Of a stretch of DNA of 64,000 nucleotides, positions 1 through 13,763 are shown piece after piece (the stretch's first letter is position 1; each line of letters starts with the position of its first letter). The position numbers and the translations under genes are program-made. Below the pieces are notes generated by a model. The model worked only from the letters and a program-made list of their open reading frames with translations. It was not told the origin of the DNA and ran no database searches. Location of the stretch: NCBI GenBank assembly GCA_012295275.1, contig CM022665.1:44392001-44456000 (forward strand), in the 5' to 3' direction. Source of the stretch: Chrysomallon squamiferum (Eukaryota > Animalia > Mollusca).

Positions 1-1390
1 TTTTTTTAACAATTACTATATACAGGAACAAACAACAAAAAAGCTGAATTAAATGGATAACCTTTTATTAACAAAATATATCTGTTACTCTTTCTTCGTT
101 TTTTCAGTTACATAAAATTATCTCCAGCTATTTCACAGAAATAATTTTGACTTTATTTTCTGTTTCGTAATAAGTGCATGAAGTGTGTCAATTTTTGTCA
201 GGAAGACACATGAAATATTAATACAAATGATATAAACTAAAATATCCAACATATACAAAAACTGATAATAAAAAGATTTACGTAACAATACTTAATATCA
301 GTTAAAACAAAATTAGTATTCTTGCTATCTTTCCACTAAATAATATTAAGTTAACAAACCTTTTTAATGTTCATATAAAATAAAACAATTTAACAATCTC
401 TATTCTAACTGGGACATATTCTGAAGTATATATATTCTCAAAACAGGATCCATTAAAAAAAAGAAAAGAAATGACATAAAAATAGTGTAATACAAAAAAT
501 GAAAATAATTGGATCAGTGTAAAATGGTGGTATTATGCTAGTGAACACAAAACAACAAAAAAAATAATATAACTGGGTGTGGCCAGTAAATGTCACTTTA
601 AAATAATTTTTTATTCTGCAGTGTTAAGGTGAAACTATGAAGAGTTATTTGTATTGAGAAGGTAATAGATAAAGCTATGTATTATACACATTCATCTCTG
701 AACATACTGAGATATGCATAGATATGTACATAGCAGTATTCAAACACGAGACATTAACAGACATTTAAACTTTCATACATTCATATTTATGATTAGATAG
801 AGCATACACACACATACATACAGACGTATGCACAAACATGTATACATGTGGACCTGGATAAACATACAGACATATTTATATTTAGACGTCTACTCAAATA
901 TATACAAATATCGACAAACATACATAATGCATTTACTTTTATACAAAAAAAGATAAGCTTCTTTAAATGGACGGTCTGTTATGTATTATTACTGATATAC
1001 CATATTAATAAACAAGTAGTATAATTTAGTATAATATTATCAACCATCTCAAAAATAATACTTGACGAATTAATCACAGAATTTTCTTATCACAGCTGCA
1101 AAAATGAAATAATAAATAACTTTAACAGATCTAAATAAACTACAGAATCTTTAGTAGACTGCTATTTATCCTAAAGTTTTATTTATCTATCTATCTATCT
1201 ATCTACCTAGCTTTTCTTGTGGTTCATTTTTGCTATTTAAAAATGTTCTTCAAGATTTTAAAAGTTACAGCTTAATAAATAAATTGCAAATTTAAACAGA
1301 ATTATAACATTTGGAAAAATATTCAGTATAGCTATTAGAATAAATAAATAAATAAAGTATACTTACAAAATTTAAACATTATAATTTTTT

Positions 1391-1433
<43 letters not shown>

Positions 1434-2450
1434 TGATTTATTATTATTATTATTATTTTTTTTTTTTTTTTTTTTTTTTTTGGTAATTTATTTTTAAAAT
1501 ATCTACTGTTCTAATAAAAATATGACTAAAATTATAAAGTGCCTGCTTTCAAAGCACTGGTCATTCTAAACTTGATGACTGACATAATTAATGTCAGCAT
1601 TGTATCTGACCTGTCATTCCTTTAATCTATTATCATAAAAAATATTTATTATTAAAAAACAATCTTACTTAAAACAATTCATAAACTCTAACTGAATGCA
1701 TATGTAACTTGAATACTGTGACATTACAAATAATAATAATGAATTTGAATTTTGTGACCTTGTTTCAATAAAACAAAACATTAAATAAGAAATAATGACT
1801 GAAATCAAATTAAAACAAAATCTAAATCAATTGTGATGTTGGCCAACATTTCAGATAGGCCACCACAGTAAAATTAAAAGGATGACATGTCAGCCACTGA
1901 ACATAAAAGTCTCTGCCATTGGAGGGCAAATACAAATAAGCCTATCAGCAATCACGATACATTAAACATGGCAACAGTAAACAGTATGATAACCAGTTTC
2001 ATTGATTACTATTTCTGGTTATAACAGGAACATTTTTTTTAATGTTAAAAGGAATAATGATAAAATGAAAGTGCTGTCCATAAAAAAAAAATAATAATAA
2101 ATAAATTAATAAAAAAAATAAAAATAAAAATAAAACAAAAACAAAAACAAAAAAATAAATATAAAAAATAAAGATAAAAAATAATAATTCATGTAATGCA
2201 TAAAATGTGGATTTCTTTCTGTAAGTAACATTTTATTAATAATTTAAAAAAAATGTTTTTAACATTTAACAAACTGTACATGTAACAAGAAATATATTTT
2301 ATTTTTAACATTTAACACATTGTGTATTTAACATTTAACAGAATGTTTATATAACACTGAACATACTGTATATTTTAACATTAAAAAAGTACCCATTTAT
2401 CATAACAAAATCCCTGAGCTGAATATTTGAGCTAACAGCAACATAATAAA

Positions 2451-2467
2451 GAGAGAGAGAGAGAGAG

Positions 2468-2550
<83 letters not shown>
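2451..2550. repeat. (AG)n microsatellite
   Basis: Read directly. Similar tracts at 20285-20348, 39338-39387, 57965-58027 and 59304-59407. Confidence 0.95.
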
Positions 2551-2553
<3 letters not shown>

Positions 2554-3327
2554 GGGCTATTTTATTTTAATAACAGAATATCAGTAGTTGAGTCAAACTC
2601 ACAGACTTTATAAAACTGTACAATGTTTTATTTATTTATTTATTAAACTCCCCCCTTTTTTCATATTTGAAAAAAAAAAATATATATATATATTTATGTT
2701 TTGAAAAAAAAAAAAGTTTGGAAATATGGTCAAGATACTGATTTTCTTTAAGATTATAAAAGGAAAGAAAAACACCTATTTTTGTTGTAACATACAAAAG
2801 TTTTCTATATCGGTAGAACATCCTTTGAAATTAAATAAATAATCTAAATGTATTTTACACTTCAGATATATTTTTTTAAATAATTTGTTCTGATCTTTGG
2901 TATGAAAATATCGGAATAATAAAATAAATTCAACGTACAAAGAAATATATCGAGATTTTTTGGAATATTTAAAATAAAGAGTTCTGAAAAAAGGCAAGAA
3001 AAAATAATAATACAAAAATCTTTATGTGTCGAGTAAATCATAGAAGTAGGCATAAAATCAGTCCATCACTCAAAAGTTTACAAAATGCATGTACAACATT
3101 TTAATTTACATAGGCTGTTTTTTTGTTTGTTTTCTTTTTTACTTTTTCTTGCTAAAAAAAAAATCTCTTCCTTCTCATGCCAAATTTCATGAATTTTATG
3201 TATTTTTATTATTTTTTTTTTTCACTTTTTTTTTTCTTTTTCAATGAGGTAGATTTAACATTCACACAGAACATTTTTTTTTTATATGTACAAAATAATG
3301 AATTATGAATTAACAATTTCAGAAACG

Positions 3328-6300
3328 TTACTGAGGATTACAAGTCAAATTGTCACCCATATCTTCGGCGTACTTGTTACAAATTATTCCTCTCAGTTTG
3401 TCGATGTCTGCTCTAAGTTCCGCAACTCTACTCAGCCACTGTTTGATTGTCTGCCCTTCAACATTTGTTGGCAAGTCTTCCTCTTCAGCACTTGCAGCTG
3501 AAAACAGTAATAAATGTGAACACAACAAGCACAATAAGTCGACATACAAATCCGTGTACAGTGTATGTAACACCAGTATTTGTAATGGAAAGAAAATCAA
3601 GACAAAATATGATTTTTCCAGTAAGTTATTACAATTTTTTTTTTTTTTTGCTATCAGTGACAGAATTTACATCATGAAAATCTATAAATTAAAAAATGAT
3701 TTGGTTAATATGTGCAAGAAGCATATGGAGTTAAATCTCTGCAATCAAACAGTTCATACAATATACACACTAGTCTTCATTCTCAGTATTATTATTTTCA
3801 TTGTTTTAAATATAACTAATTTGAAAGTTGGTTAACTTTCTAAAGCATGATTAACAGGAAAATATTTCTTGACTAATTAAATTTTAAATAAAATAAAATA
3901 AAATAAAATAAAATAAAATAAAAATAAAATAATAATAATAATAATAAATAAATAAATAAATAAATAAATAAATATAAATAAAATAGGTACACATATTTTC
4001 ACCATTTATCACCAACAGATTATACAATACTTTGTACATCTAAAAGTTATCACAGTATTTCATTATTTCTCTACATGTTCAAACAGTGATGGATTCTCTG
4101 TTCACCAAAACAGATATGCTATCACAGCAGTAGTATATTAATGGTAATATGGCACACTTTAAAACAGTGGTTTTATTTCACCATTTCGAAAAAAGTCATA
4201 TTGCAGTGAAATTAACAATAAAAAAAAAAAAACCTAACAAAACACCAAATCATTATTTAGAAGACAACATTTCTTTGGGCTAAAAAGAAATGCAATGCTT
4301 ACTTAAAACAGTGGTTTTATTTGACCATTTCGAAAAAAACGGAAGTCATATTGCAGTGAAATTAACATTAAAAAAAAAACCCAACAAAATACCAATTCAT
4401 TATTCTTTGTGCTAAAAGAAAACGCAACACTTACATTTGATTCCTAGCAGGATGGACATGTTCGGATCCTCTCCATTCACTCTCTGCATACAGATCTGTA
4501 CGAGAGACTGGAGATTGGAGAAGCACAGTCCCAGCTCTATCATCAGCTTACGCTGCAGTTTGACCGTCTCGTCAGTCAGCTGGGCTTCGTAGTGCTGCAG
4601 GTGTTCCTGGGTTATGAGATTCTGCTCCATCAGGTCCTGGTTCTGGCTTCCCAGCTGAATTTGAACATTAATGTTGAAAACAGATAATGTAATAACCCAA
4701 ATATGGAAATGGGAAAAAATCAAGATGAAAATAATTTGTAACCGAGTTATGAGATTCTGCTCCATCAGGTCCTGGTTCTGGCTTCCCAGCTGAATTTGAA
4801 CATTAATGTTGAAACAGACGTAATATAATAACCAAATATGGAAATAGGAAAAAATCAAGATGAAAATAATCTGTAACCGAGTCTGGTTGATGTTAAAAAA
4901 TGAGGTAAAATCAGATTTCTAAAAGAATGTGGTATGGAAAGAAAGTGTTAAGAATAGAAAAATCTTACTCAAAATTTCATAATTAATTCTCCATCGATAT
5001 AAAACAGCAACTATCTGGCTGTATAATATTAATTATTAATTACTGAGGACACCGAATTTGTAAAAGAACAATATATTGCAGAATTTTGTAAGTATAAATA
5101 GTGCCTATAGGAAAAAGTAAGTATTGTTTATTGAATATATGCATATGAGCGTGTATGTGTGTGTATGTGTGTGTGGGTGGATGTTTGTGTATGAGTAACA
5201 AATATTAAATTATTTCTTTCATATATGACTGATAGTTGAAAAATGAGGAGAAAACAAAGAGATCAGAATTTTGTAAGAATTAATTATGCCTATAGAAAAA
5301 AGTATTTTTTATTGAATACATGCATATGAGTGTGTATGTGTGTGTGTGGGTGGATGTTTGTGTATGAGTAACAAACATAAAATTATTTCTTTTATAGATG
5401 ACTGATAGTTGAAAAACATGGAGAAAACAAAGAAATCAGACTTGAACGTGCATCAGTTAGTATTTAATACGTTATTTCCAAGTTTCTATGGAAATAGGAA
5501 AAAATCAAGATGAAAATAATTTGTAACTGAGTCTGGTTAATGTTAAAAAATGAGGTAAAATCAGATTTTAAAAGAATGTGGCATGAAGAGAAAGTTTTAA
5601 GAATAGAACAATCTTAGTCAAAATTTCAAACTTAATTCTCCATCAACATAAAACGGCAACTATCTGGCTGTACAATATTAATTATCAATTACTGAGGATA
5701 CTGAATTTGTACAAGAACAATATATTGCAGAACTTTGTAATTATAAATAGTGCCTACAGAAAAAAGTAAGTATTGTTTATTGAATATGTGTATATGATTG
5801 TTTATGTGTATGAGTAAAAAACATGAAATTATTTCTTTTATAGATGACTGATAGTTGAAAAATGAGGAGAAAACAAAGAGATCAGACTTGAACGTGCATC
5901 AGTTAGTATTTAATATATTATTTCCAAGTCTCACCTCCTTCATAGATTTCCTGAGATTCTCAATCAGCTCGTCTTTACCAGCGATGTCCTTCCTCAACAC
6001 AACAACTGACTCTTCCTCTCTGCTCAGCTGTTCTGACAGCTGTTTGATGTCAGTCTGATACTTCTGTTCTGAGCGACGGAGATTTCGGTGAGTCTTTTCC
6101 AGCAGCTGTGTAATCAAAATAAAAAAAATTGAAAAAATAACAACGTAACAACAGAAAGATACCTTTTTATCTCACCTAACACCAGGAATATATAAAGAAC
6201 GATACAAATTAATTTAGTTTTGACATAATGAAATCAAATGCAGAAATTTGTTAAAACAGAACAATAATTCTTTGATGCTAAAAATAAATATAAATTTCTT

Positions 6301-9300
6301 TTTGGTGTTATAGAATCAAATGTAGAAATTTGTTTAAACAAAATGAAATATTTTATGCTATAAAATGAAATTAACAATAAAAATAAATTTCTTTTCGACA
6401 TCACAGAATCAGATATAAAGATTTGTTAAAAAACACACCATCAGAACAATTTCTTTTATGCTATGAAATGAAATTAACAATAAAAACTCATTTCCTTTTG
6501 ACATAAGGAAATAAATAAATTCATACATGCTACAAAATGATATTAACAAGGAAAAAAATCAAACATTATTCAAATAAACAAATAATAAATGAGTGCAAAC
6601 CTTTTTAGCTTTCTCCAAGTCAACAGCCAGCCTCTCCTTCTCTTCCCTCATTTCTTGCAGCTCTTCCTGGGTCTGATACAAAATGGCTCCCATGCCCTCT
6701 GACCTCAGCGTGTCCACTTCGCTGGTCAGTTCGTCGACCTGGTCAGAAAGTCTCCTGACCTGCAGCTTCAGCTCCTGCTCTGAGAAATCTTTAGCTGTCA
6801 ACTGCTTCCTCGCCTCGCTGAGTTTGGTTTCCAGATCTTCGTTCTTCAACACCGCTTGTTTGTGCAGCTGCTGTGTTTTGTGCAGGTGAGGTTTGTTAAA
6901 GAAAAATTTTCTCAAAAAACCCCCACCTTTTAATTTAAAAAAAATTTAGTAATAACTGAAGTAAACTTAATAAATAATTAAAACAAAATTGTTGATTTTT
7001 ATAAAAAAATTTAAAAATAAATTTGAAAAGTTTTAGAAATTTATTCAAGATCCTTTTAGTCATGTATGACATCCATTCTGTTTTGGAGATTTTAAAAGGA
7101 AGATTTTTGGTAAAAAAAAAACACTATCCTGCTTTTGTTTTAAAACAGCAATTCTCTGTACCAAAGAGTAAATGCTCAAGAACATCCTTCAGGATCAACC
7201 TAATAGTAATAAAAATTACATTTTATGTACTTCTAAGATATTATTTTCTTTAAACAAACTGGTCTATTCGTGATATAGAAGAAGAAGAATAAGATATAAA
7301 ATTCTACAATCCTTTGTAACAAACCTGTCTTTGAAAGAAGAATATGAACATAAAAATTCTATGTAACCTGAAACTTCCATTTCTTTTCTATCCACTGTTT
7401 ACTTAACATGATAACAACTAATCTTATGTCTCGTTACAGATCATACAGAACATGGAGAACAGTTTTTCTCGATACTGTGTAAGACAATAACTTTAACTCT
7501 TTGGCCTGTAAACTGACAACAGTGAACACAAAAGGATATTTCCATCTCTGTCTCAGCCATGGCCTCGGCGGTAGGCAAGTCTCCCAGGTACAGCTCCAGC
7601 TGATCCAGCTTCTTCCGAGCCTCCAGGTGACTCTCTTTCATCTCCACGCACTTCGACTTCCATTCACAGAGTTCCTGATCCTTCTCTGCAAGCTGGATAA
7701 ATTTATTTTTTCATTATTTATTTTGAAATTTTTAAAATTTAGTTTTTTATAAAATCTTGTATTTGTTATTATAGTTATGTATCTATGTCTTCAAGAAACA
7801 AAATATTCAAATATCAGTAATAAGTTACTTAGTTATTTGTATTTAGATTGTTTTGTAAGTAACCTGGAATGATATTATCTATCTAAGGTTATTAATAAAA
7901 AAATATTCAAAATGATAAATTACAGATTATTTGTATTTACACTATCTTATTAGTAAACAGGCATTAACACGAAATAATAAGCCATTGCATCAAATGAAAT
8001 GATGTTTTTTAATGTGAAATATCATACCTGGGCTATATATGAATCCACATGTGCCTGTTTTTCTTTCAGAGCTTTTCTTAATTGTGAATTTTCATATTCA
8101 GTTGCTCTGTAATACAAAATCACAGTTATTGAAAATTGTTTTGAAATACTTAATTGTTACAGACATAGGTCTTGTAATCACATTAAGTGAAGTAACTGTA
8201 ACTGTATAACATCATATATCTTAATTTATTCAATTTGCTTTTAAATACATATTCCAAAATAATTAAATTTCAAAGCTTTAAGTAACAATTTTTCTAGGAT
8301 ATCCCTTTGTTATTTTATTTAATTACATATTGTCTGTTAATTAATATACTGAAAAATAAAATCAGTGGCTAAAAAAAGAAAATTTCCTGGAAGCACCCTT
8401 GTAATGAATACATGGTAAACATACCCCAACTTATTTTCAAGTGAATCTATTTCTTCATTTTTCTGAGTTCGAGAATCATTCAGTTCACTTTTCAAACAGG
8501 CAACCTTATGTTGTAGCTCCTGAAAAAATTTCACAAACAATAAGCACACAAAATTTCTAGTTTACGCAGAAAGCCATGTACAACATATGTAACACTAATA
8601 TTTATATCAAAAACAAAATAACAAAATAAGCTTTTTCATTTAAACATTCACACTATTTCAGAGCTTTAACACTATATTCTTCAATGAAAATGGAGATGAC
8701 TATAACTGATACACAAAATTTATATTGTACAAATATTTACTACAAGAAAAGATGAAAGGAAATTAAATACTCTGAATAAAAAAGATGCTGATTACACTTT
8801 AAAAAAAATAAATTTACCATTTTTTTAATTTTAATTTTTTTTTTTGGGGGGGGTCTCTGATTGTGACAGAAAGGAAAGTATTAAGATGTCCAGAAATAAT
8901 TGTGATATTTCTTAATAATTTCTGGAACACTACATTTTTCTATTTTCCTGTATGCACATATATTAAAGCAACATTTAATTTATACTTAGGTGCTTATCAC
9001 AACTTGCCTGTATTTTCATTTGACTGGATTCTTCTCTGCCTTCTTTTCCAGTGAGGGAATGTCTGAGTTTCTTTTCCAGTGACATCTTTTCATTTTCCAG
9101 ATCATACGCATGCTTTTTCAACCTTCAACAAACATTGATTACATTTCCCAATGAACAATCATCAAGTACAATAATAGTTCTATTAAAATATAATTGCTGA
9201 TGCATTTAAAAAATGATGATATCAATATTTTAAATTTGATATGCTGAACACCTCTTTCAAAAATAATTTTTTAATACTATTATATAATCTAATAAAATAA

Positions 9301-12300
9301 TAATTTAATATTATTATATCTAAATCTCTTCTGAATGCATTCAAAAGAAATCAAAATAAACACAAAATAAACATGAAATATAATCTAATAAAATAAAATT
9401 TTAACATTATTATACCAAAATCTCTTCTGGATTCATTCCAAAAGAAACCAAGATAAACAAATAATATTAATCTGTGTTTAGATACATAACTGAATCTGTT
9501 ATAAACAAAAACAGTTTTGTGCGCATTGTCAACTAACATATAAACATGTAATCTAATTCGTATTCTCTGAAATTCCCAGTACTTGCATGCATCCACTTCC
9601 AACATTCCACTGTGAAATATTTCACGTGTGTTAAACATGCCCACCTTTCAATCACTGCATCTTTCTCTCTGATGATGTTATCAGCAGCTCGTCTGACTGG
9701 GTCTAATCTTGCAGAATCTTCATCCTTCAGTCTGAGTTGTTGGAAGACTCCATCAATACTCGACTGCCCACCTCCTCCTCCTCCATACAAAGCCTGAAGG
9801 AAATAATGAACAGTGAAATATGAAATAAAGAAATGTAATATACTACAAAGCCTGAAGTAAATGTAAGAAATGTTTTAAAACCTACTTCAGTATTATTAGC
9901 TGAAAATATACTACAAAGCCTGAAGTAAATGTAAGAAATGCCTACAAAGCCTGAAATAAATGTAAGATATGTTTTAAAAATAAATGAAATATACGACAGA
10001 AAATAAATGTAAAATATTTTAAAACCTACTTCAGTATTATTAGCTGAAATATACGACAGAGCCTGAAATAAATGTAAAATATGTTTTAAAACTTACTTCA
10101 GTATTATTAGCTGAAATATACGACAGAGCCTGAAATAAATGTAAATTACATTTTAAAACCTCCTCAGTATTAACAGTTATTACTTGCTGTCATATATGGT
10201 TTAAGTTTAATGATGATCAGTGTACCAGTAATAACTATTATTATGTTGTATAAAAGATTTGAACAGTTACACTGAAACTGCCATATTTGTTTATTTATTA
10301 TCCCATTTCATACAAAGCATGAACATATCTATGACAGTCTTAGTAATATATACATCTATCTATAACTATATATATATTTATATATATATTATCCTGTAAT
10401 ATTTGATTTAAGTATATTGATGTACAATGCACAGCACAACAATAACAAATATTATTATGGTGTAACAAAAACATTTTAATGGTTGCTTTATTCCATTTCA
10501 TATAAGGTACCTAAAACTCCATGACACATTCGTAGTAATACATACATCAGTTTTACAGTAACGTACTCAACATTTCAGATTTTTTAGGTCTCATTTCATG
10601 TGAAATAAATAAACCAGGGAAAACGAAAGTCTCTCTCCATCTCCTCATTTCACTAGATGCTTTATTATCAGTAAAGGTTGGTGACAAGCACCAAATAAAA
10701 GAATAACTTAGGATGCACAGAACATCTTTATGCTGTTTATGCAATCACTATTACACTTCAATCTTTTCTCGTCAAAAAAGAATTTCACCGAATTGCCTCA
10801 ACTAAAGAGAAAAAAAAAAAAAAAAAAACTTGTCACCTGCGACTCAAACTGCTGCTGAAGGAGATGCTCGTGATGCTGCTGCTGTTGCTGCCACTGCTGC
10901 AGACTCCCCGAGCTCGCCGACCTTCCGTAGCCGTCCAGTTCATACTGTCTGTCGTAGAACTCCGTCCTTGCGTACGACTGGCTTTTCATCGGAGACTGGA
11001 AGTTCGTGTGCAGGTCGTGCGAACTCCGAGTCGGGGGCGTTGTCAAGGGTGGGGAGTAGCTGGCGTCGTACTCGCCATCATTGTAGGAGTGTCTGTTCCT
11101 CGCTGGGTAAGGGTTCTGGTTGATGGGGTAGGCCTGCTGATCGCTGGTGACGTACGTGTTCGGGTACGGCTGTTTTAGTTGATTGTCGCTCTGAAAGCCC
11201 TGGTCTGAGTCGAGTCGTCTGTCGCCGAGGGTGGTGTAAGTGTGCCGGTCTCTCAGAGGCAGCTGAGTCTGGTAGTCAGCGTCGCGGGTGGGGTCCTGTT
11301 TGTCATGAAAAAATTAACACGCGGGTTGAGATTTTTTGCTATCAGGAGGAAAAGAAAGAGTGTGTGTGTGTGTGTGTGTGTCTGCGTGTGTCTCTGTGTG
11401 TATGTATGTATGTGTCTGTGTGTGTGTGTGTGGAGGGGTATGATGTTGATATCGAAACAAAGAAGAGCAATAAAAATCAAAAACAGTTTAAAATAAAGTT
11501 TCAGAGAAAAATAAACACTTAGTGAAATATGCAAAATCAGTCAACATTTGTGCTATTTACCCAACATTTAGTACACATGCAAGAAAAGTCAACCTTTGTT
11601 CTATTTACCCATTCCAACCAGTACTCCAACAGCACAGAAAACATCTAAAATCGTTTATCAAATAAAGATTGATCATTCAACCTGACATATCTCCATGAGA
11701 AGAGCTACCACTGATTCCACTTCACAATAACAGTTTTAAACTTACTTTATATTAGAATTTACGCACAAAACACCTAATACACGTATTTATTTTAACACTC
11801 GTACCTCTTTAGAATAATAAGGTGGGTTGTAATACTGAGGTTCTGACACAACTGTGTATTTTCCGGGGTTGTAGGACTGGGTTACCGTGGAGCTTTCTAC
11901 GTCGAGTCCTGAGTAAGTGCGTCCTGGTATCCTAGCGCTAGAGGAAGGCCGCCTCGAGTAGTTCTGTGTCTCGTAACCAGAGTCGACCGAGCTCGGACCT
12001 CTGATGGCTGAAGACGGCAACAACATCTGAACACCGCTAGGGACGTCACGATAGTCTGAAGAAGAAGAAAAAAAATGAACTGAAAAAAGATTTTAACAAT
12101 GACAAAAAGATAATAACAGTTATTAATAATAATAAATAATAATAAAATAATAATAATATAAAAACAATTAATAAAATAAAATAATAATAATAATAAAAAA
12201 TAATAAAAAATAAAAAAAAGATTTAAAAATTTTAAAATGTTTATTTATTTGCTTGCATTTGGTATGCATGAATGTCTGATTATATGTGTATAAAAAGAAT

Positions 12301-13000
12301 AAAATCTTTTATTGATTTTTGAAAACTGAAATATACTTACTATATCAAAAATTATAAAATCACATAAATAAAAGTGATATCAATTTCATTAACTTTATAT
12401 CTTTATTTACTTTATTTATTTATCTATCTATTTATCTATATCTATACAGCTATCTATCTGTCTGTCTATCTATCTGTCTATCGATCTATCTTTCTATGTA
12501 TGTATAGTCTAAAAATGTAGATGTTTAAAAATGAAATAATAATGTTCAAAAAATTAATTACTTACAAACAAAATAATAATTAATAATAATAAAAAATACC
12601 AAAAAATCAGTATTAAAAAGCATGAAAACAGTTATAAAATAAAATCATTCTATGGGATCATTCTAATAAAATAAGACGTGTCTAAACAAAGACAACATAT
12701 TATTAATCTTTGAATGTGAAATACAAAGATACTAACATGTTGACATCCTTATTATCCAGCAAAGTGAATAAATGCTTAACGACATTATAGCACAAATAAA
12801 AACACTAAAATTTGGGTTACCTAACACTGGTAATATAAAAATAAACTAATAAATGATTAGGATCATTAGACTATTGATTCTAAGGAATGTTAAGTTACAG
12901 AATAATAACATTCAGGTGACTTAAGATTATGTAAGATTAAATGGTCTAAAAGCAAATGTGGCAATTTGAAGAAACCAGTTTTTAGAAGAAAAATAAAAAG

Positions 13001-13031
<31 letters not shown>

Positions 13032-13763
13032 TAGTATTAATAAGTAAAAAAAAAAAATTAAAAATATATAAAAAAAAAAAAAAAAAAAAAAATAATAATA
13101 GTAAAAAAATAAAATAAAAATAAAATAATTTTAAAAAACCATTTAAAAAGGCACAATATATTAAATGCAGTTTGCATTTTCAAATAGTAAATAATTAGCT
13201 TTGATGATTTGTATTATCAAAATTCTGATGTTAAAATAGATGTTGAAAAAGAAGTTACCAAGTATCATTATTTTTGCATTACATTAATACTGCTCTAGGT
13301 CATTTATAAGTTTTTCATACATTGAAAAAGGAAAAAAGAAGAAAAAATAACTCACTGAATAATACAATTTACAAACCTGTTGTGTACTGCTGATTTTGCA
13401 GCATTTTCTCATAGTCTAATAAAAAAAAAAATTTAAAAAAAGGATAAACAAACAAGTAATGTACAAAAATATTCCTGTTACAAAATCGCCTGTGAAAAAA
13501 TCTTGAAATTTACATATAGATAAAATAAATAATTATATATATATGTGTATATATAATCCAAAAATTTATTCTTAAATAAATTAAACTGGTTATAATTTGT
13601 TTTGTAGATTTTTTTTTACATTAAGTAACAAAAATAACTAATTACACATTACTAATTGGGTAAATCGCTGTTTACCATTATCTTTACTAAAACAAATTAA
13701 AGTACCTGAAATATTAGAAGAATGTATAGGTGCTTTGCCTGGAATGTCCATCTGACTGTACAT
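3328..13763 (-). CDS. CEP85: Centrosomal protein CEP85/CEP85L family, coiled-coil, ~747 aa, 13 coding exons
   Basis: Exons joined by hand with consistent phases (minus strand): 13763-13706, 13415-13377, 12055-11805, 11295-10837, 9793-9645, 9122-9008, 8519-8425, 8106-8028, 7692-7540, 6885-6601, 6105-5935, 4654-4435, 3497-3328. Total 2244 nt, ending in TAA. Motifs LELYLGDLPT, LGSQNQDLMEQNL, GEDPNMSILLGI and C-terminal CNKYAEDMGDNLTCNPQ resemble vertebrate CEP85/CEP85L as I recall them (YLADLPT, DPNLSLLLGI, DRYAQDMG). The N-terminal exons are low-complexity and supported by splice signals and phase only. Confidence 0.85.
4159..4434. repeat. ~140-bp tandem duplication whose unit starts at the exon donor
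   Basis: TTAAAACAGTGGTTTTATTT... occurs at 4159 and 4303. The units end in gcttac (4302) and acttac (4434, the true donor). Confidence 0.85.
4611..4880. repeat. 135-bp tandem duplication spanning a 3' splice site and the first 44 nt of a CEP85-like exon
   Basis: 4611-4745 and 4746-4880 are near-identical. Both carry ttcag|CTGGGAAGCCAGAACCAGGAC on the minus strand. Confidence 0.95.
4837..5932. repeat. Nested intronic tandem duplications (650-bp offset plus a ~220-bp internal copy)
   Basis: TATGGAAATAGGAAAAAATCAAGATGAAAATAAT occurs at 4837 and 5487. 5266-5486 matches ~5730-5932. Confidence 0.85.
6886..7539 (-). other. U12-type (minor spliceosome) AT-AC intron, 654 nt, phase 0
   Basis: Donor GAA|ATATCCTTT at 7539. 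Branch site TTCTTTAAC at 6903-6895. Terminal AC at 6887-6886. Splicing joins ...AETEME to LHKTQQ... in frame. Confidence 0.9.
8520..9007 (-). other. GC-AG intron, phase 0
   Basis: Donor CAG|GCAAGT at 9007. No phase-0 GT occurs before the next in-frame stop. Acceptor tttttcag|GAG at 8520. Confidence 0.85.
9786..10170. repeat. ~67-bp imperfect minisatellite (5-6 units) containing copies of the adjacent exon acceptor
   Basis: TACAAAGCCTGAA or GACAGAGCCTGAA at 9786 (true junction), 9844, 9912, 9943, 10055 and 10122. Confidence 0.85.

Noticed and set aside
3350-3835. 161-aa plus-strand ORF and other antisense ORFs over exons (e.g. 10864-11178, 25541-25843, 43498-43803, 50275-50817)
   Set aside because: Antisense or alternate-frame shadows of real GC-richer exons.
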